DNA of 52,239 bases, from IMG/VR virus record IMGVR_UViG_3300009158_000066, positions 1-52,239 of that record; one strand, given 5' to 3'. Positions 10,752 to 19,637 of this stretch are shown here, piece by piece. The stretch is from a virus. Taxonomy: Duplodnaviria > Caudoviricetes. A program made the translations under genes and the position numbers. The notes under the pieces are model-generated. The model made no database searches, had not been told where the DNA came from, and was given only the letters and a program-made list of their open reading frames with translations. The first letter of the stretch is position 1. The number at the start of each line of letters is the position of its first letter.

Positions 10752-11327
10752 ATGAAAAAAATTGTTGGTATATGTGGGGTTGCGCGGAGCGGTAAGGATT
10801 CTCTTTTTAAGATAATTAAAAGCTCACTAGAACCGTACAATATAAACTGCTTGCGTATTAGCATAGCAGACAGTCTTCGACAAGAGTTATCTGAGTTTTT
10901 ACACAAGCAACTTGGTATATCCCCGTGGACAGAATGTCATAGTGAAAAGGAGATAATACGTGAGGTGTTGGTGTCGTGGTCTAGAGTGCGTAGATCTCTC
11001 GATAAAGATTATTGGATCAAACGCATAAACAGTCAGCTGCAAGACGGTTACAATATAATAACAGACGTTCGTTATGAAAATGAAATTGAATATATTAAAC
11101 GGTTAGATGGTAAATGTATTTTTGTAGAGAGACTAATTGATAGTGAAGGTACACCCTTGCGACCACCAAATAATGAAGAGCTTATCAATACTGTACCGCT
11201 TAAAGACATATGTGACTCTACTCTGACTTGGAATAACCTTGATAATTATACGCACAACCAATTAATAAGCATTGCTGAAAATCAATTGAGTTTGTTATTT
11301 AACAACAACAATCCATACTCTATCTAA
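10752..11327 (+). CDS. Deoxynucleoside monophosphate kinase (T4 gp1-like)
   Basis: GVARSGKD P-loop, ADSLR, DKDYW, IITDVRYENE. Confidence 0.85.
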   Translation: MKKIVGICGVARSGKDSLFKIIKSSLEPYNINCLRISIADSLRQELSEFLHKQLGISPWTECHSEKEIIREVLVSWSRVRRSLDKDYWIKRINSQLQDGYNIITDVRYENEIEYIKRLDGKCIFVERLIDSEGTPLRPPNNEELINTVPLKDICDSTLTWNNLDNYTHNQLISIAENQLSLLFNNNNPYSI

Positions 11328-11483
11328 TAACATGATATCGTACGTGCCTTTAGCGGTATCAAACCCTTCTGCTCTAAGGTACTGTTCAACAACGTGTAGT
11401 TCTTTTTGATAATCAGAAGATGTATAAAACTCACTATCAAAAGTGCCATCCTTCTTTAAAGGGTCAATTCTAATTTTATACAT
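11295..11483 (-). CDS. Small hypothetical protein
   Basis: 62 aa ATG-initiated ORF filling the gap. Confidence 0.5.
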   Translation of the reverse strand: MYKIRIDPLKKDGTFDSEFYTSSDYQKELHVVEQYLRAEGFDTAKGTYDIMLLDRVWIVVVK

Positions 11484-11529
11484 AACTTTATGATTGAATT
11501 AATTTCAAATACGTTTATATTTATAGCAT

Positions 11530-11739
11530 ATGCAAGCATCTAACCGCGATAACCCTATTGAAAACAATATTGCAGAGATTATACATACTCTAGATAAGAT
11601 ATCTCAGCGTCTACCTGTTACTCTTACTAAAGAATTAAGAGCTCTTACTAAAGAGCAATACACTCTCCTAACAGATAGTCTCAATAGACTTCAACACATT
11701 CAGCGCTTAAGCGCTGGGGATTTTAATAGTTTTGTCTAA
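11530..11739 (+). CDS. Small hypothetical protein
   Basis: 69 aa ORF. Confidence 0.5.
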   Translation: MQASNRDNPIENNIAEIIHTLDKISQRLPVTLTKELRALTKEQYTLLTDSLNRLQHIQRLSAGDFNSFV

Positions 11740-11750
11740 ATATACGTACT

Positions 11751-11915
11751 ATGGCGACTAAAACTCCAGACAAACGAATAAGTGATCTAGAGACAGAAAA
11801 CTTAAAACTTAAACAAAAAGTTGAAGTTCTTGAAAATATTGTTTCAAATATTAAAAGTATTTTAAAAACAAAAGTTGAACAAGTTCGCCACGCTTTAAAA
11901 GCTCATAAAAAATAA
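11751..11915 (+). CDS. Small coiled-coil protein (54 aa, not in ORF track)
   Basis: Manual translation MATKTPDKRISDLETENLKLKQKVEVLENIVSNIKSILKTKVEQVRHALKAHKK*; heptad pattern; CTAAATA upstream. Confidence 0.6.
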   Translation: MATKTPDKRISDLETENLKLKQKVEVLENIVSNIKSILKTKVEQVRHALKAHKK

Positions 11916-11946
11916 AACAGCAATTATTCTTAAAGAGCGAAATAGA

Positions 11947-12876
11947 GTGAGTCATGCATTTGACTCACTCTATTTGGGTTGTGTAAGACCTCTATGCTTG
12001 GAGTTTTTTAGTGTTGTAATTGCTGAGCTTGTAAAGAAAAAGACATCCCCTCTTATACTAGACATCGTCAAACAATATAAGAGTATATTAAAGCGTAGTA
12101 CATATAGAGTTACAAGAAATTTAAGACAATTTTTGTTTCTTAAATTTAAACGTTTTATTTATAGTAGAAAAAAATACTATAAGAGTTACGGATTTACTAT
12201 ACAGTTTTCTAAGACAAGCGCGTTTATATACAAAGATCCTACTGATACATGTATATTTACTATTAATTTTACTGAGCAAAAAGCTCAGGGGTTGACACAA
12301 TTATACTGTGATAGTAAAACAGGTGTGTTTGTGCATGAAATTACCTTCTCCAACCCTTGTGTTGAGTTTTATATGTCTATGCTCTGTATGCTCAATAAAA
12401 CACCATTATATTGTCTTAAAGATGTAATGTTTGAGCTTGATTCTATTTATATACACGAAAAACAACATGTATATGATGATGTTATATATAAGACTATTGA
12501 TACTAGTAGATCAGATGCTTATTACAATAAAATCTTAAAAAAAGACAGCGACTTCTACTACAGCAAATACTTACATCACCCTGTAGAGCTAGCAGCAAAC
12601 ATGCAGCAATTAGCATTTTTGCTACATATGCTCAGACCGTCAGGGACAATTGATGCTACTAGATTCTTAAACTTCTTTAAAAAATATAAGATATCAAAGT
12701 ATTCAAGATCTTTTTTACAATCTGAAGTATGTAAGTATAAAGTTTTATTTTCTCGCAATAAGAACCATACAAAATATTGGTTTAAATTCATGTTTAAGCT
12801 TTTAAATATGAAATACTATCAGCTTTACGGTAGAAATATACTAGTAAATGTAAATCAGTGCATATCAAGTATTTAA
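11947..12876 (+). CDS. Hypothetical protein with zincin-like HExxH motif
   Basis: YIHEKQHVYD followed by Y..HPVELAA (candidate third ligand); GTG start. Confidence 0.55.
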   Translation: MSHAFDSLYLGCVRPLCLEFFSVVIAELVKKKTSPLILDIVKQYKSILKRSTYRVTRNLRQFLFLKFKRFIYSRKKYYKSYGFTIQFSKTSAFIYKDPTDTCIFTINFTEQKAQGLTQLYCDSKTGVFVHEITFSNPCVEFYMSMLCMLNKTPLYCLKDVMFELDSIYIHEKQHVYDDVIYKTIDTSRSDAYYNKILKKDSDFYYSKYLHHPVELAANMQQLAFLLHMLRPSGTIDATRFLNFFKKYKISKYSRSFLQSEVCKYKVLFSRNKNHTKYWFKFMFKLLNMKYYQLYGRNILVNVNQCISSI

Positions 12877-12914
12877 ATACCCTTAAATAATATTTTTTTT
12901 GAATAAATATTAAT

Positions 12915-13232
12915 ATGCAACATTCTTTATTATGTGCTGCAGAGATATTTAAAGTTAATCAAGTTTATTACGCAAAATTAATACTCTTAAACTCAGTTAA
13001 TGATTTTTACAATTATGTTGATTCTCACAACTACTTAAAAGATGATGACTATACATATACTTCCCTTGATTGTGGAAGCTCGTGTACGTTAATACCTGGT
13101 AAATATACCAGGGCAAACACACAGCAATACCTTCATGAGTGGGTATGCAGTTCTAATAATATTCTAGATATTGAATTTAGTATGTTAGAACGTAACTTAG
13201 AAATTACAGTACGTGTAAAGATTACGCATTAA
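12915..13232 (+). CDS. Hypothetical protein
   Basis: 105 aa ORF with ATAAATA upstream. Confidence 0.55.
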   Translation: MQHSLLCAAEIFKVNQVYYAKLILLNSVNDFYNYVDSHNYLKDDDYTYTSLDCGSSCTLIPGKYTRANTQQYLHEWVCSSNNILDIEFSMLERNLEITVRVKITH

Positions 13233-14436
13233 ACGCCTCAACAACATCACGTAATATAAAGCGTCTTAAGTTTGCTTCAGCTCCCTCTTCATCATCAAAG
13301 AAAGCTGTTACTAACTTAAACAATTCAAATTGTCCTGATCCAAGCAAACTACTCAAATCACTAACAATCTGATTGGCTTCATTATGTAAATCTATAAACT
13401 TCTCTGTCGTTTTGAGTTTGTCTACAGAACTTACAGCTCCTGCTTTTACAAATTTACTTGTAGAGTCTGCTGCGGTGGCAAACATATGTCTTGCTTCATC
13501 AACAACATCTAAAAGACGTTTCACTTTCTGCCCTTCTGGTATATGTAAAATTTTACCAGTTACAGATTTAGAGCTGTTGTATTTAACTATGTTTTCTGCT
13601 GATCTTTGTTGCTCGTACCCTAATCTAGCTGCTGTATTGTTCAGCCATGAAGCAAGGGAGGATACTGCTGTTGAAAACCCAAAATACCTACCATTTTGAA
13701 CATTAGATATTGATTTTGTTTTTTGTTCCTGATATGCTTCATCTTTTTTTGTTTTCCACTTCTCAAATAATTCTGTTATAGTTTTTTGAAAATATTCAAG
13801 AGGTCGCGGTTGTGCTGAGTCGTCGCCTGATGCTTGAACTCTTTTGGCTTCATCATCTGCTAAGTAAGGTGCAACAACATCTACTACATAGGAAACAAAT
13901 TTATGATATATAATATCTTCCATCCGTTCTAACTGCTCAACAAGTCTAGCACTTTCTTCAATAGATGTTCCAAGGTGAGATAAATCCCCATCTTTAGTTG
14001 TTTCAGATTTATTAATATTGCGTGATATTTGCTGTCTTAAAGCTTGTGCGCGATTAAACCGAGACATATAAGGCTCAATAATACTTTCAGCATGACTTTT
14101 AGTTTCAGGGTCTTTATTAATAACACTAAAAACACCACCCAGTTTCTTGTAATACGCTGCCTGCATCTGCATCATCTCTCTTTGTGCTTGTTGTTGTGTT
14201 TGCTGAGAATATTCACCTTCTGTATCACCTTCTATCTTAGCACCAAAACGAGTTGCTGCTTTTTCAGGATCAAATTCATATCTACTATCTTGATCACGAT
14301 TGTATAAACCAACACCCTGAATAGCAGAAGATTTGCCGAAGCCTTTTGGTGCGCCGAAATATTTACCACCAGATAGACCGCCTTGACGTTCTTCTGCTTC
14401 TAAGAGAGTGTTTACAATGTGTTGAAAGCTTATCAT
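13222..14436 (-). CDS. Hypothetical helical protein, candidate internal head protein
   Basis: 404 aa; N-terminus MISFQHIVNTLLEAE; ATAATTA motif upstream. Confidence 0.7.
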   Translation of the reverse strand: MISFQHIVNTLLEAEERQGGLSGGKYFGAPKGFGKSSAIQGVGLYNRDQDSRYEFDPEKAATRFGAKIEGDTEGEYSQQTQQQAQREMMQMQAAYYKKLGGVFSVINKDPETKSHAESIIEPYMSRFNRAQALRQQISRNINKSETTKDGDLSHLGTSIEESARLVEQLERMEDIIYHKFVSYVVDVVAPYLADDEAKRVQASGDDSAQPRPLEYFQKTITELFEKWKTKKDEAYQEQKTKSISNVQNGRYFGFSTAVSSLASWLNNTAARLGYEQQRSAENIVKYNSSKSVTGKILHIPEGQKVKRLLDVVDEARHMFATAADSTSKFVKAGAVSSVDKLKTTEKFIDLHNEANQIVSDLSSLLGSGQFELFKLVTAFFDDEEGAEANLRRFILRDVVEAFNA

Positions 14437-14457
14437 AAGTACATATAATTATTCTAA

Positions 14458-14628
14458 ATGCTTAAAAAACTCTGGAGTATTTGGTGTAAAACAATGGGTC
14501 ATAAAATATCTAATGATTCACTTGAATCTGATATAGCTGCAGCTATTCGTACATTCTGGTGGGTTATTAATATAATAACTTGTTTTTTTATTATAGCTGG
14601 TATAATTAGACACTGGAACCATGGATAA
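14458..14628 (+). CDS. Small membrane protein (56 aa, not in ORF track)
   Basis: Manual translation MLKKLWSIWCKTMGHKISNDSLESDIAAAIRTFWWVINIITCFFIIAGIIRHWNHG*; hydrophobic segment and IRHW end resemble a small protein I recall from aquatic T4-like phages (not verified). Confidence 0.7.
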   Translation: MLKKLWSIWCKTMGHKISNDSLESDIAAAIRTFWWVINIITCFFIIAGIIRHWNHG

Positions 14629-14815
14629 TAATGAAATACTAAAGCTTCTACAGCTTCAAAACAAAGCGGTTCAAATAATTAAATCTATACAAAGCTCGTG
14701 TGATTTAAATCAAAGACAAACAAACATACGCACGATGAAAGTGTCTGAGAACATTTTATCTCAAATAGACAGTACTCTTAAAGAGATTGAAGCACTTAAA
14801 AATACAACGAAATAA
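14621..14815 (+). CDS. Small hypothetical protein
   Basis: 64 aa ORF overlapping the upstream stop. Confidence 0.55.
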   Translation: MDNNEILKLLQLQNKAVQIIKSIQSSCDLNQRQTNIRTMKVSENILSQIDSTLKEIEALKNTTK

Positions 14816-14854
14816 GTGTATTAAGACATAAAGATATAATATAATATGTAACAT

Positions 14855-15787
14855 ATGCAAAAAGCTTTATGTTACGATGATGTATTCCTAATGCCGCGAG
14901 AGTGTAAGCTTGCATCTCGCAAAGAAGCTGTTGTGTCAAGACAGCTTGGTAGCAACGTTTTTAAACTACCAGTAGTACCTGCAAATATGGTATCTACAAT
15001 TAACTATAACTGGGCAAAGCAACTCGATCAACAAGGTTATTTTTATGTTATGCATCGATTCAACAACACTACCGTTGATTTTGTTGATTATGCAGAACAG
15101 CAAAATTTTAATATTGTAAGTATTAGTACAGGGGTTTCTCAAGAGAGTGCTACTGAGATCAACAGCCTTCAAGGTAAAAAAGTTGACTACGTCACTATTG
15201 ATGTGGCTCACGGTCACAGTCGTGCTGTCAGCAAACAGATAGAGCTTATTAAAAGAGTACTACCAAATGCGTATGTAATTGCTGGTAACGTCGCTACATC
15301 TGAGGGCGCTCAATACCTTGAAGATAATGGTGCAGATGCAGTAAAAGTTGGTATTGGTTCGGGTGTTATATGTACAACAAAACTACAAACCGGTTTTCAT
15401 ATACCTATGTTTACATGTATACAAGACTGTGTTAGTGCTTTAAAGCGTTGTAGTGTAATAGCGGATGGAGGTGTAAGATACCCCGGTGATATAACTAAAG
15501 CGCTTGTTGCAGGAGCTGATATGGTTATGGCAGGCGGTATATTTGCTGGTTGTAGTGATTCGCCTGCAGGTGTAGTAGATGGTAAAAAGGTTTATTACGG
15601 CTCCACTAGCTTGGCTGCCAAGCAAAAAAACGACCATATAGAAGGTCGTACTATATCAATTGATGTGGAGGTAGATTTACAAACGCGTTTGCATGAGATT
15701 ACTCAGGCTCTACAGAGTTCAGTTAGTTATGCAGGTGGTTATAGTTTGTGTGCTCTTAGCGGTGTAGAATTTAAAATAAAAGCTTGA
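14855..15787 (+). CDS. guaC: GMP reductase (IMPDH/GMPR family, no CBS domains)
   Basis: LPVVPANM, YFYVMHRF, TIDVAHGHS, AGNVAT, KVGIGSGVICTT (catalytic Cys), IADGG, LQSSVSYAG. Confidence 0.9.
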   Translation: MQKALCYDDVFLMPRECKLASRKEAVVSRQLGSNVFKLPVVPANMVSTINYNWAKQLDQQGYFYVMHRFNNTTVDFVDYAEQQNFNIVSISTGVSQESATEINSLQGKKVDYVTIDVAHGHSRAVSKQIELIKRVLPNAYVIAGNVATSEGAQYLEDNGADAVKVGIGSGVICTTKLQTGFHIPMFTCIQDCVSALKRCSVIADGGVRYPGDITKALVAGADMVMAGGIFAGCSDSPAGVVDGKKVYYGSTSLAAKQKNDHIEGRTISIDVEVDLQTRLHEITQALQSSVSYAGGYSLCALSGVEFKIKA

Positions 15788-15819
15788 TCGTAGTGTATTT
15801 TAATATATTATTACGTTAT

Positions 15820-16029
15820 ATGAATAACTGCACAATAAAGACAATTGAAAATGTAACTGGTTCTTGCTCACGCGAAACTAAGATTGAGGCACTCAAGCGC
15901 TGTATTAATATGGACAAGTATAATCTTATTGGTATTGTAGATCGTACCTGCTCTGCAGTACTACAGCCTAAGTTCTATAATGTTAGAGATCGGTTTGGTA
16001 GGTTTGTACGTATTCGTTCTAAGCGTTAA
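15820..16029 (+). CDS. Small hypothetical protein
   Basis: ATG at 15820 just after TTGATC-N16-TATTAT; C-terminal RDRFGRF. Confidence 0.6.
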   Translation: MNNCTIKTIENVTGSCSRETKIEALKRCINMDKYNLIGIVDRTCSAVLQPKFYNVRDRFGRFVRIRSKR

Positions 16030-16049
16030 ATTTTGGTACCAGTCTAGTT

Positions 16050-16081
16050 AAAAGAGGGATTAAAATATCCCTCTTTTTTTT
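16050..16081 (+). terminator. Intrinsic terminator
   Basis: AAAAGAGGGAT-taaaat-ATCCCTCTTTT followed by a T-run. Confidence 0.85.
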
Positions 16082-16113
16082 GTAAAAAGTAAACAACAGT
16101 ATATATATTACAC

Positions 16114-17067
16114 ATGCATCGTAGAACTAAAGTAGTTTCTAAAGTTAAAAAAATAAACAAAAAGTTAAAAGTTACTAACGTAGATGCAAAGCGTACCAAC
16201 AAAAAAACTGTAGTAAACAACAAGAAAGTGCCGAAAAAAGTACCAAAAGCTAAAGTACTAAAGAAGGTGCCAAAGTCAGTAAAAAAAGTACCAAAAGCTA
16301 AAGTACTAAAGAAGGTGCCAAAGTCAGTAAAAAAGGTACCAAAAGCTAAGGTACCTGAAAAGATAAAAAAAGTACCTAAAAAAATAAAGACTGTCAAGAA
16401 AGTACCAATAACTAAGACACCTAAGAAGATTAAGAAAGTGCCAAAAGTTAAAGTACCAAAACTAAAAACGCGTAAAATACCTTTAAAAAAGAAAAAACGC
16501 AAGAAAAAGAAAAAGCTAAGAATAGCAAAGGTATATTATCAACTGACATGCTTGTTATCTAACAAAACATGTAGATACTCTCATGAAAGAGCTGTCAAAT
16601 TGATGCATAAATTAAAATTTAGCACTGTTGAAGAATTATGTAATAACTACATTTCAAGAGATGTATGTAAACTTCTTAAAACAGGACATACAGAGAGTGA
16701 AATTAGGTTAAAATATAATAATCAAAATGTAGTAGATGTTCCTTTCGCAATTATAAAAAAGTATATCAAGACTTTTTTTACATCGGAGCAAATGCTACGC
16801 AGAAGAAGACGTAAAGTTGTTAATGATGTTATTAATGATAAAGAACTCATAAACAAAAGTATAAGAGCAGAATATGCACCTGTAAAAGTAGATCTCAATA
16901 AACCTGAATGTGTTGCAGATATGACACATAATGTATGCTTGAGACCTGATATATTTCTCAATAATGATCGATTTTGTAACTACTGTAGTTTTTTTGAGAA
17001 TTGTGCATGTAATTTAAAGAAATGGAATAAAAAAATAGATGTTAAACGTAATAAAAGATTTAAATAA
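16114..17067 (+). CDS. Lys-rich histone-H1-like repeat protein with C-terminal Cys-rich domain
   Basis: Many KKVPK units in the first ~135 aa; C-terminal CLRPDIFLNNDRFCNYCSFFENCAC. Confidence 0.75.
   Translation: MHRRTKVVSKVKKINKKLKVTNVDAKRTNKKTVVNNKKVPKKVPKAKVLKKVPKSVKKVPKAKVLKKVPKSVKKVPKAKVPEKIKKVPKKIKTVKKVPITKTPKKIKKVPKVKVPKLKTRKIPLKKKKRKKKKKLRIAKVYYQLTCLLSNKTCRYSHERAVKLMHKLKFSTVEELCNNYISRDVCKLLKTGHTESEIRLKYNNQNVVDVPFAIIKKYIKTFFTSEQMLRRRRRKVVNDVINDKELINKSIRAEYAPVKVDLNKPECVADMTHNVCLRPDIFLNNDRFCNYCSFFENCACNLKKWNKKIDVKRNKRFK
16234..16354 (+). repeat. 48 bp coding tandem repeat, about 2.5 copies
   Basis: aaaaaagtaccaaaagctaaagtactaaagaaggtgccaaagtcagta at 16234 and 16282, partial copy at 16330; encodes KKVPKAKVLKKVPKSV. 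Confidence 0.9.
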
Positions 17068-17851
17068 ATTTAATTGTATTAAGTTCTTGGATAGTGAACA
17101 TAGATACTTTATAAACGGAAAACCTGCTACAACTTCAATTACATCAGTAATTAGTAAATGTAAAGCAGCGTTTGATAATGATAAGTGGTCAAAGCATAAA
17201 GCTAAACAACGCAATGTAGATCAAGAGGTTATTTTAAAGGAATGGCAAGATAACGCTCTCTTTTCAACTCAACTTGGTACACTATTACACAGTTATATTG
17301 AAAATTACTGGAGTAATAAAATTAAAAAATATGATCAACAAAGTATGATCAATATTTTTGGTGCAGAAAAACATACCGAAATGCGCAAGTTACTTGCTAC
17401 ATTTATTAAGTCATTCCACGGTATGTATGACCGTAGTCAACATATTGTGCCTATTAGGAGTGAGCTTGTTATAGGTGATTACGAGCGCAGCTGTATTTGC
17501 GGTATGGTTGATATGCTTGCATTTAATGAGCAAGAGAATTGTTTTGAAATATACGATTTTAAAACAAATAAAAAATTTACACATCGCAATCCATATAAGG
17601 AAAAATTTATACATCCTGCAATAGCACATCTTGATGTCAGTGATTTAAACTCTTATAGTCTACAGCAATCTTTCTATAAGCTTATAATAGAAAGATATAC
17701 AAACATTAGAATTAAAAACTGTTATCTTTTATGGTTTGATCGATCTACTTCAAGTTGTGAGAAGATATTGTGTACAGATCTTACAGAGTATTGTACACAG
17801 ATTTTAGATGGCTACTGTACATCTGAACTTAATTTAGATATGACACTGTAA
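17039..17851 (+). CDS. PD-(D/E)xK exonuclease (RecB-like fold)
   Basis: HRYF..SITSVI, GTLLHSYIE, SEL, CGMVDML...IYDFKT, YSLQQSFY. Confidence 0.85.
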   Translation: MLNVIKDLNKFNCIKFLDSEHRYFINGKPATTSITSVISKCKAAFDNDKWSKHKAKQRNVDQEVILKEWQDNALFSTQLGTLLHSYIENYWSNKIKKYDQQSMINIFGAEKHTEMRKLLATFIKSFHGMYDRSQHIVPIRSELVIGDYERSCICGMVDMLAFNEQENCFEIYDFKTNKKFTHRNPYKEKFIHPAIAHLDVSDLNSYSLQQSFYKLIIERYTNIRIKNCYLLWFDRSTSSCEKILCTDLTEYCTQILDGYCTSELNLDMTL

Positions 17852-18135
17852 CCTATCAAAGAACACACGTATACAGTAAATATATGTATATTGCACGTCA
17901 CTAATACTGATAATACAAAAGCTAAACATTTCCAACACGAGATTAATCTTGCAAAGAAACGTGTAAATCTATCGCCACCTTTATACTTTTGATATAAAAA
18001 TTCAGGATATGTAAGATTTTCTGGTACTTGAAGTATTTTACCTGTGAACAGATTATAGTAATAAAATACAAAATTTGTCCTAAACCATATAAATAAAACT
18101 GTTATAATAAAGAAAATTTTGTTAGAGTTAAGCAT
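17812..18135 (-). CDS. Small membrane protein with CxxC
   Basis: Hydrophobic segments; LISCWKCLAF. Confidence 0.6.
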   Translation of the reverse strand: MLNSNKIFFIITVLFIWFRTNFVFYYYNLFTGKILQVPENLTYPEFLYQKYKGGDRFTRFFARLISCWKCLAFVLSVLVTCNIHIFTVYVCSLIGYSVISKLSSDVQ

Positions 18136-18149
18136 AAATATATTTACCT

Positions 18150-18569
18150 ATGAAGTTTGATGTACTTGTTAAGAATTTATTTAATGAAGATGTTACTGAT
18201 GAGCAACCAGCTGCAGTTGCTCCTGAAGTACAGCCTGAGGCAGGAAGTGCAGATAATATACCTACACCTGACAGGTTTGATGATGTGAAGCCTATGCCTC
18301 AATCTCCAGGTGTAGATATTGAGGAAGTTAGGCAAAAGATAGCTGGGTTGGTAAAGATGGCAGATGCATTAAACGGTTTAGGTGACGAAGAGTCTCTACA
18401 GAGTTATTTTACTAGAGTTAACAGAGGTGCACTTGATGGTATCAGTAAAGTGGTAAAATCAAACATTGAAGCTGCAGCAGGTTATTTATTAGACACTGCA
18501 AATGCATTGAATACGATAGTTATACAAGCTAAGAGCAATAATGCTCAACAACAACGACAACAATATTAG
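18150..18569 (+). CDS. Hypothetical late protein, candidate internal head protein
   Basis: MKFDVLVKNLFNED start; CATAAATA at 18133-18140. Confidence 0.7.
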   Translation: MKFDVLVKNLFNEDVTDEQPAAVAPEVQPEAGSADNIPTPDRFDDVKPMPQSPGVDIEEVRQKIAGLVKMADALNGLGDEESLQSYFTRVNRGALDGISKVVKSNIEAAAGYLLDTANALNTIVIQAKSNNAQQQRQQY

Positions 18570-18611
18570 TTTTATCTTGCTTAACAGCGTAAAAGAATTT
18601 AAAATATACAG

Positions 18612-19637
18612 GTGAGTATATTACCCGTAGACTACGTCATTCAGAATTTATATACATACTGCAAAAGGCCTGTATATAAAAGAAATCAAAAAGTCTACAA
18701 TGCAGAATGCTGTATATGCAATGAAGGGGCTTCTGCTGGACGCAAAAGAAGGTTGTTTTACTTTCCTGATAAGCGATATTTTTATTGCTTTAATTGCTCT
18801 CAATCGTGGAAGGAAGTTCAGTGGCTTCAACAAGTAACTAATAAATCTTATACAGAGATACTTGCTGATACAAAAAATTACGCAACTGAATTTAAGCCAG
18901 AGACTGTTGTTGAATGTATATCTGAAACAATAGCAGATGTACGTCAATTACCTGACAATTGCGTTGACTTAGAAGATCAAAATCAAATTAACTTCTATAG
19001 TACTAAGAAAAGAGAGTACAAGAAGATTATAAACGCTATTGAGTATTGCACTCAGCGACAATTATTTACTTCTGTAAATCGTTGTAGTAAGTTTTATCTT
19101 TCTCTTGATGATAAGCTTCATACAAATAGACTTGTTATACCGTTTTTTGATCAACATAACACTCTTGCATGCTATCAGTCACGTGCACTCACTTCTACTC
19201 AGTTTCCGAAATATTTAACCAAAGAGGGTGAAAAATGTTTGTTCGGTGAAGATAGAATTAAAGAAGAAATACCTTATATCTTTATCTTCGAGGGGCCTAT
19301 TGATAGTATGTTTGTTCAAAACGGTGTTGCTATGGCAGGTACAGACTTAACAGAAAAACAGCAACACTTTTTAGATAACTGCATAGGTTATCAAAAAATC
19401 TTTATCTACGATAATGATAAAAATAATAACTCTCTTGCCAAGAAGATTAAAAATAAGCTAAAAGCAGGCCATAAAGTCTTTATATGGCCTGAAAAATTTT
19501 CTAAATTTAAAGACGTAAATGAAGTTTGCTGTAAGCTAAAACTTAACGAATTTAATTGGAAATTTATAGTGAGTAATTCTTTTTCTGAGACAGAAGGTAT
19601 TGTAAAGTATACACTATCTCAAAACCTAAGTAGTTAG
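18612..19637 (+). CDS. gp61: DNA primase, T4 gp61-like
   Basis: Zn finger CCIC...CFNC; RLVIPFF...YQSR; TOPRIM IFEGPIDSMF and YDND; KDVNE. Confidence 0.93.
   Translation: MSILPVDYVIQNLYTYCKRPVYKRNQKVYNAECCICNEGASAGRKRRLFYFPDKRYFYCFNCSQSWKEVQWLQQVTNKSYTEILADTKNYATEFKPETVVECISETIADVRQLPDNCVDLEDQNQINFYSTKKREYKKIINAIEYCTQRQLFTSVNRCSKFYLSLDDKLHTNRLVIPFFDQHNTLACYQSRALTSTQFPKYLTKEGEKCLFGEDRIKEEIPYIFIFEGPIDSMFVQNGVAMAGTDLTEKQQHFLDNCIGYQKIFIYDNDKNNNSLAKKIKNKLKAGHKVFIWPEKFSKFKDVNEVCCKLKLNEFNWKFIVSNSFSETEGIVKYTLSQNLSS

Noticed and set aside
16234-16354. Direct repeats as a possible CRISPR array
   Set aside because: Head-to-tail in-frame coding repeat with no unique spacers
16044-16502. 152 aa Phe/Gly/Thr-rich minus-strand ORF
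   Set aside because: Antisense shadow of the KKVPK repeat; the plus-strand ORF continues into a globular domain
17039-17851. Cas4/CRISPR-associated call
   Set aside because: No array or other cas genes, and no clear Cas4 Cys cluster; a generic phage PD-(D/E)xK exonuclease
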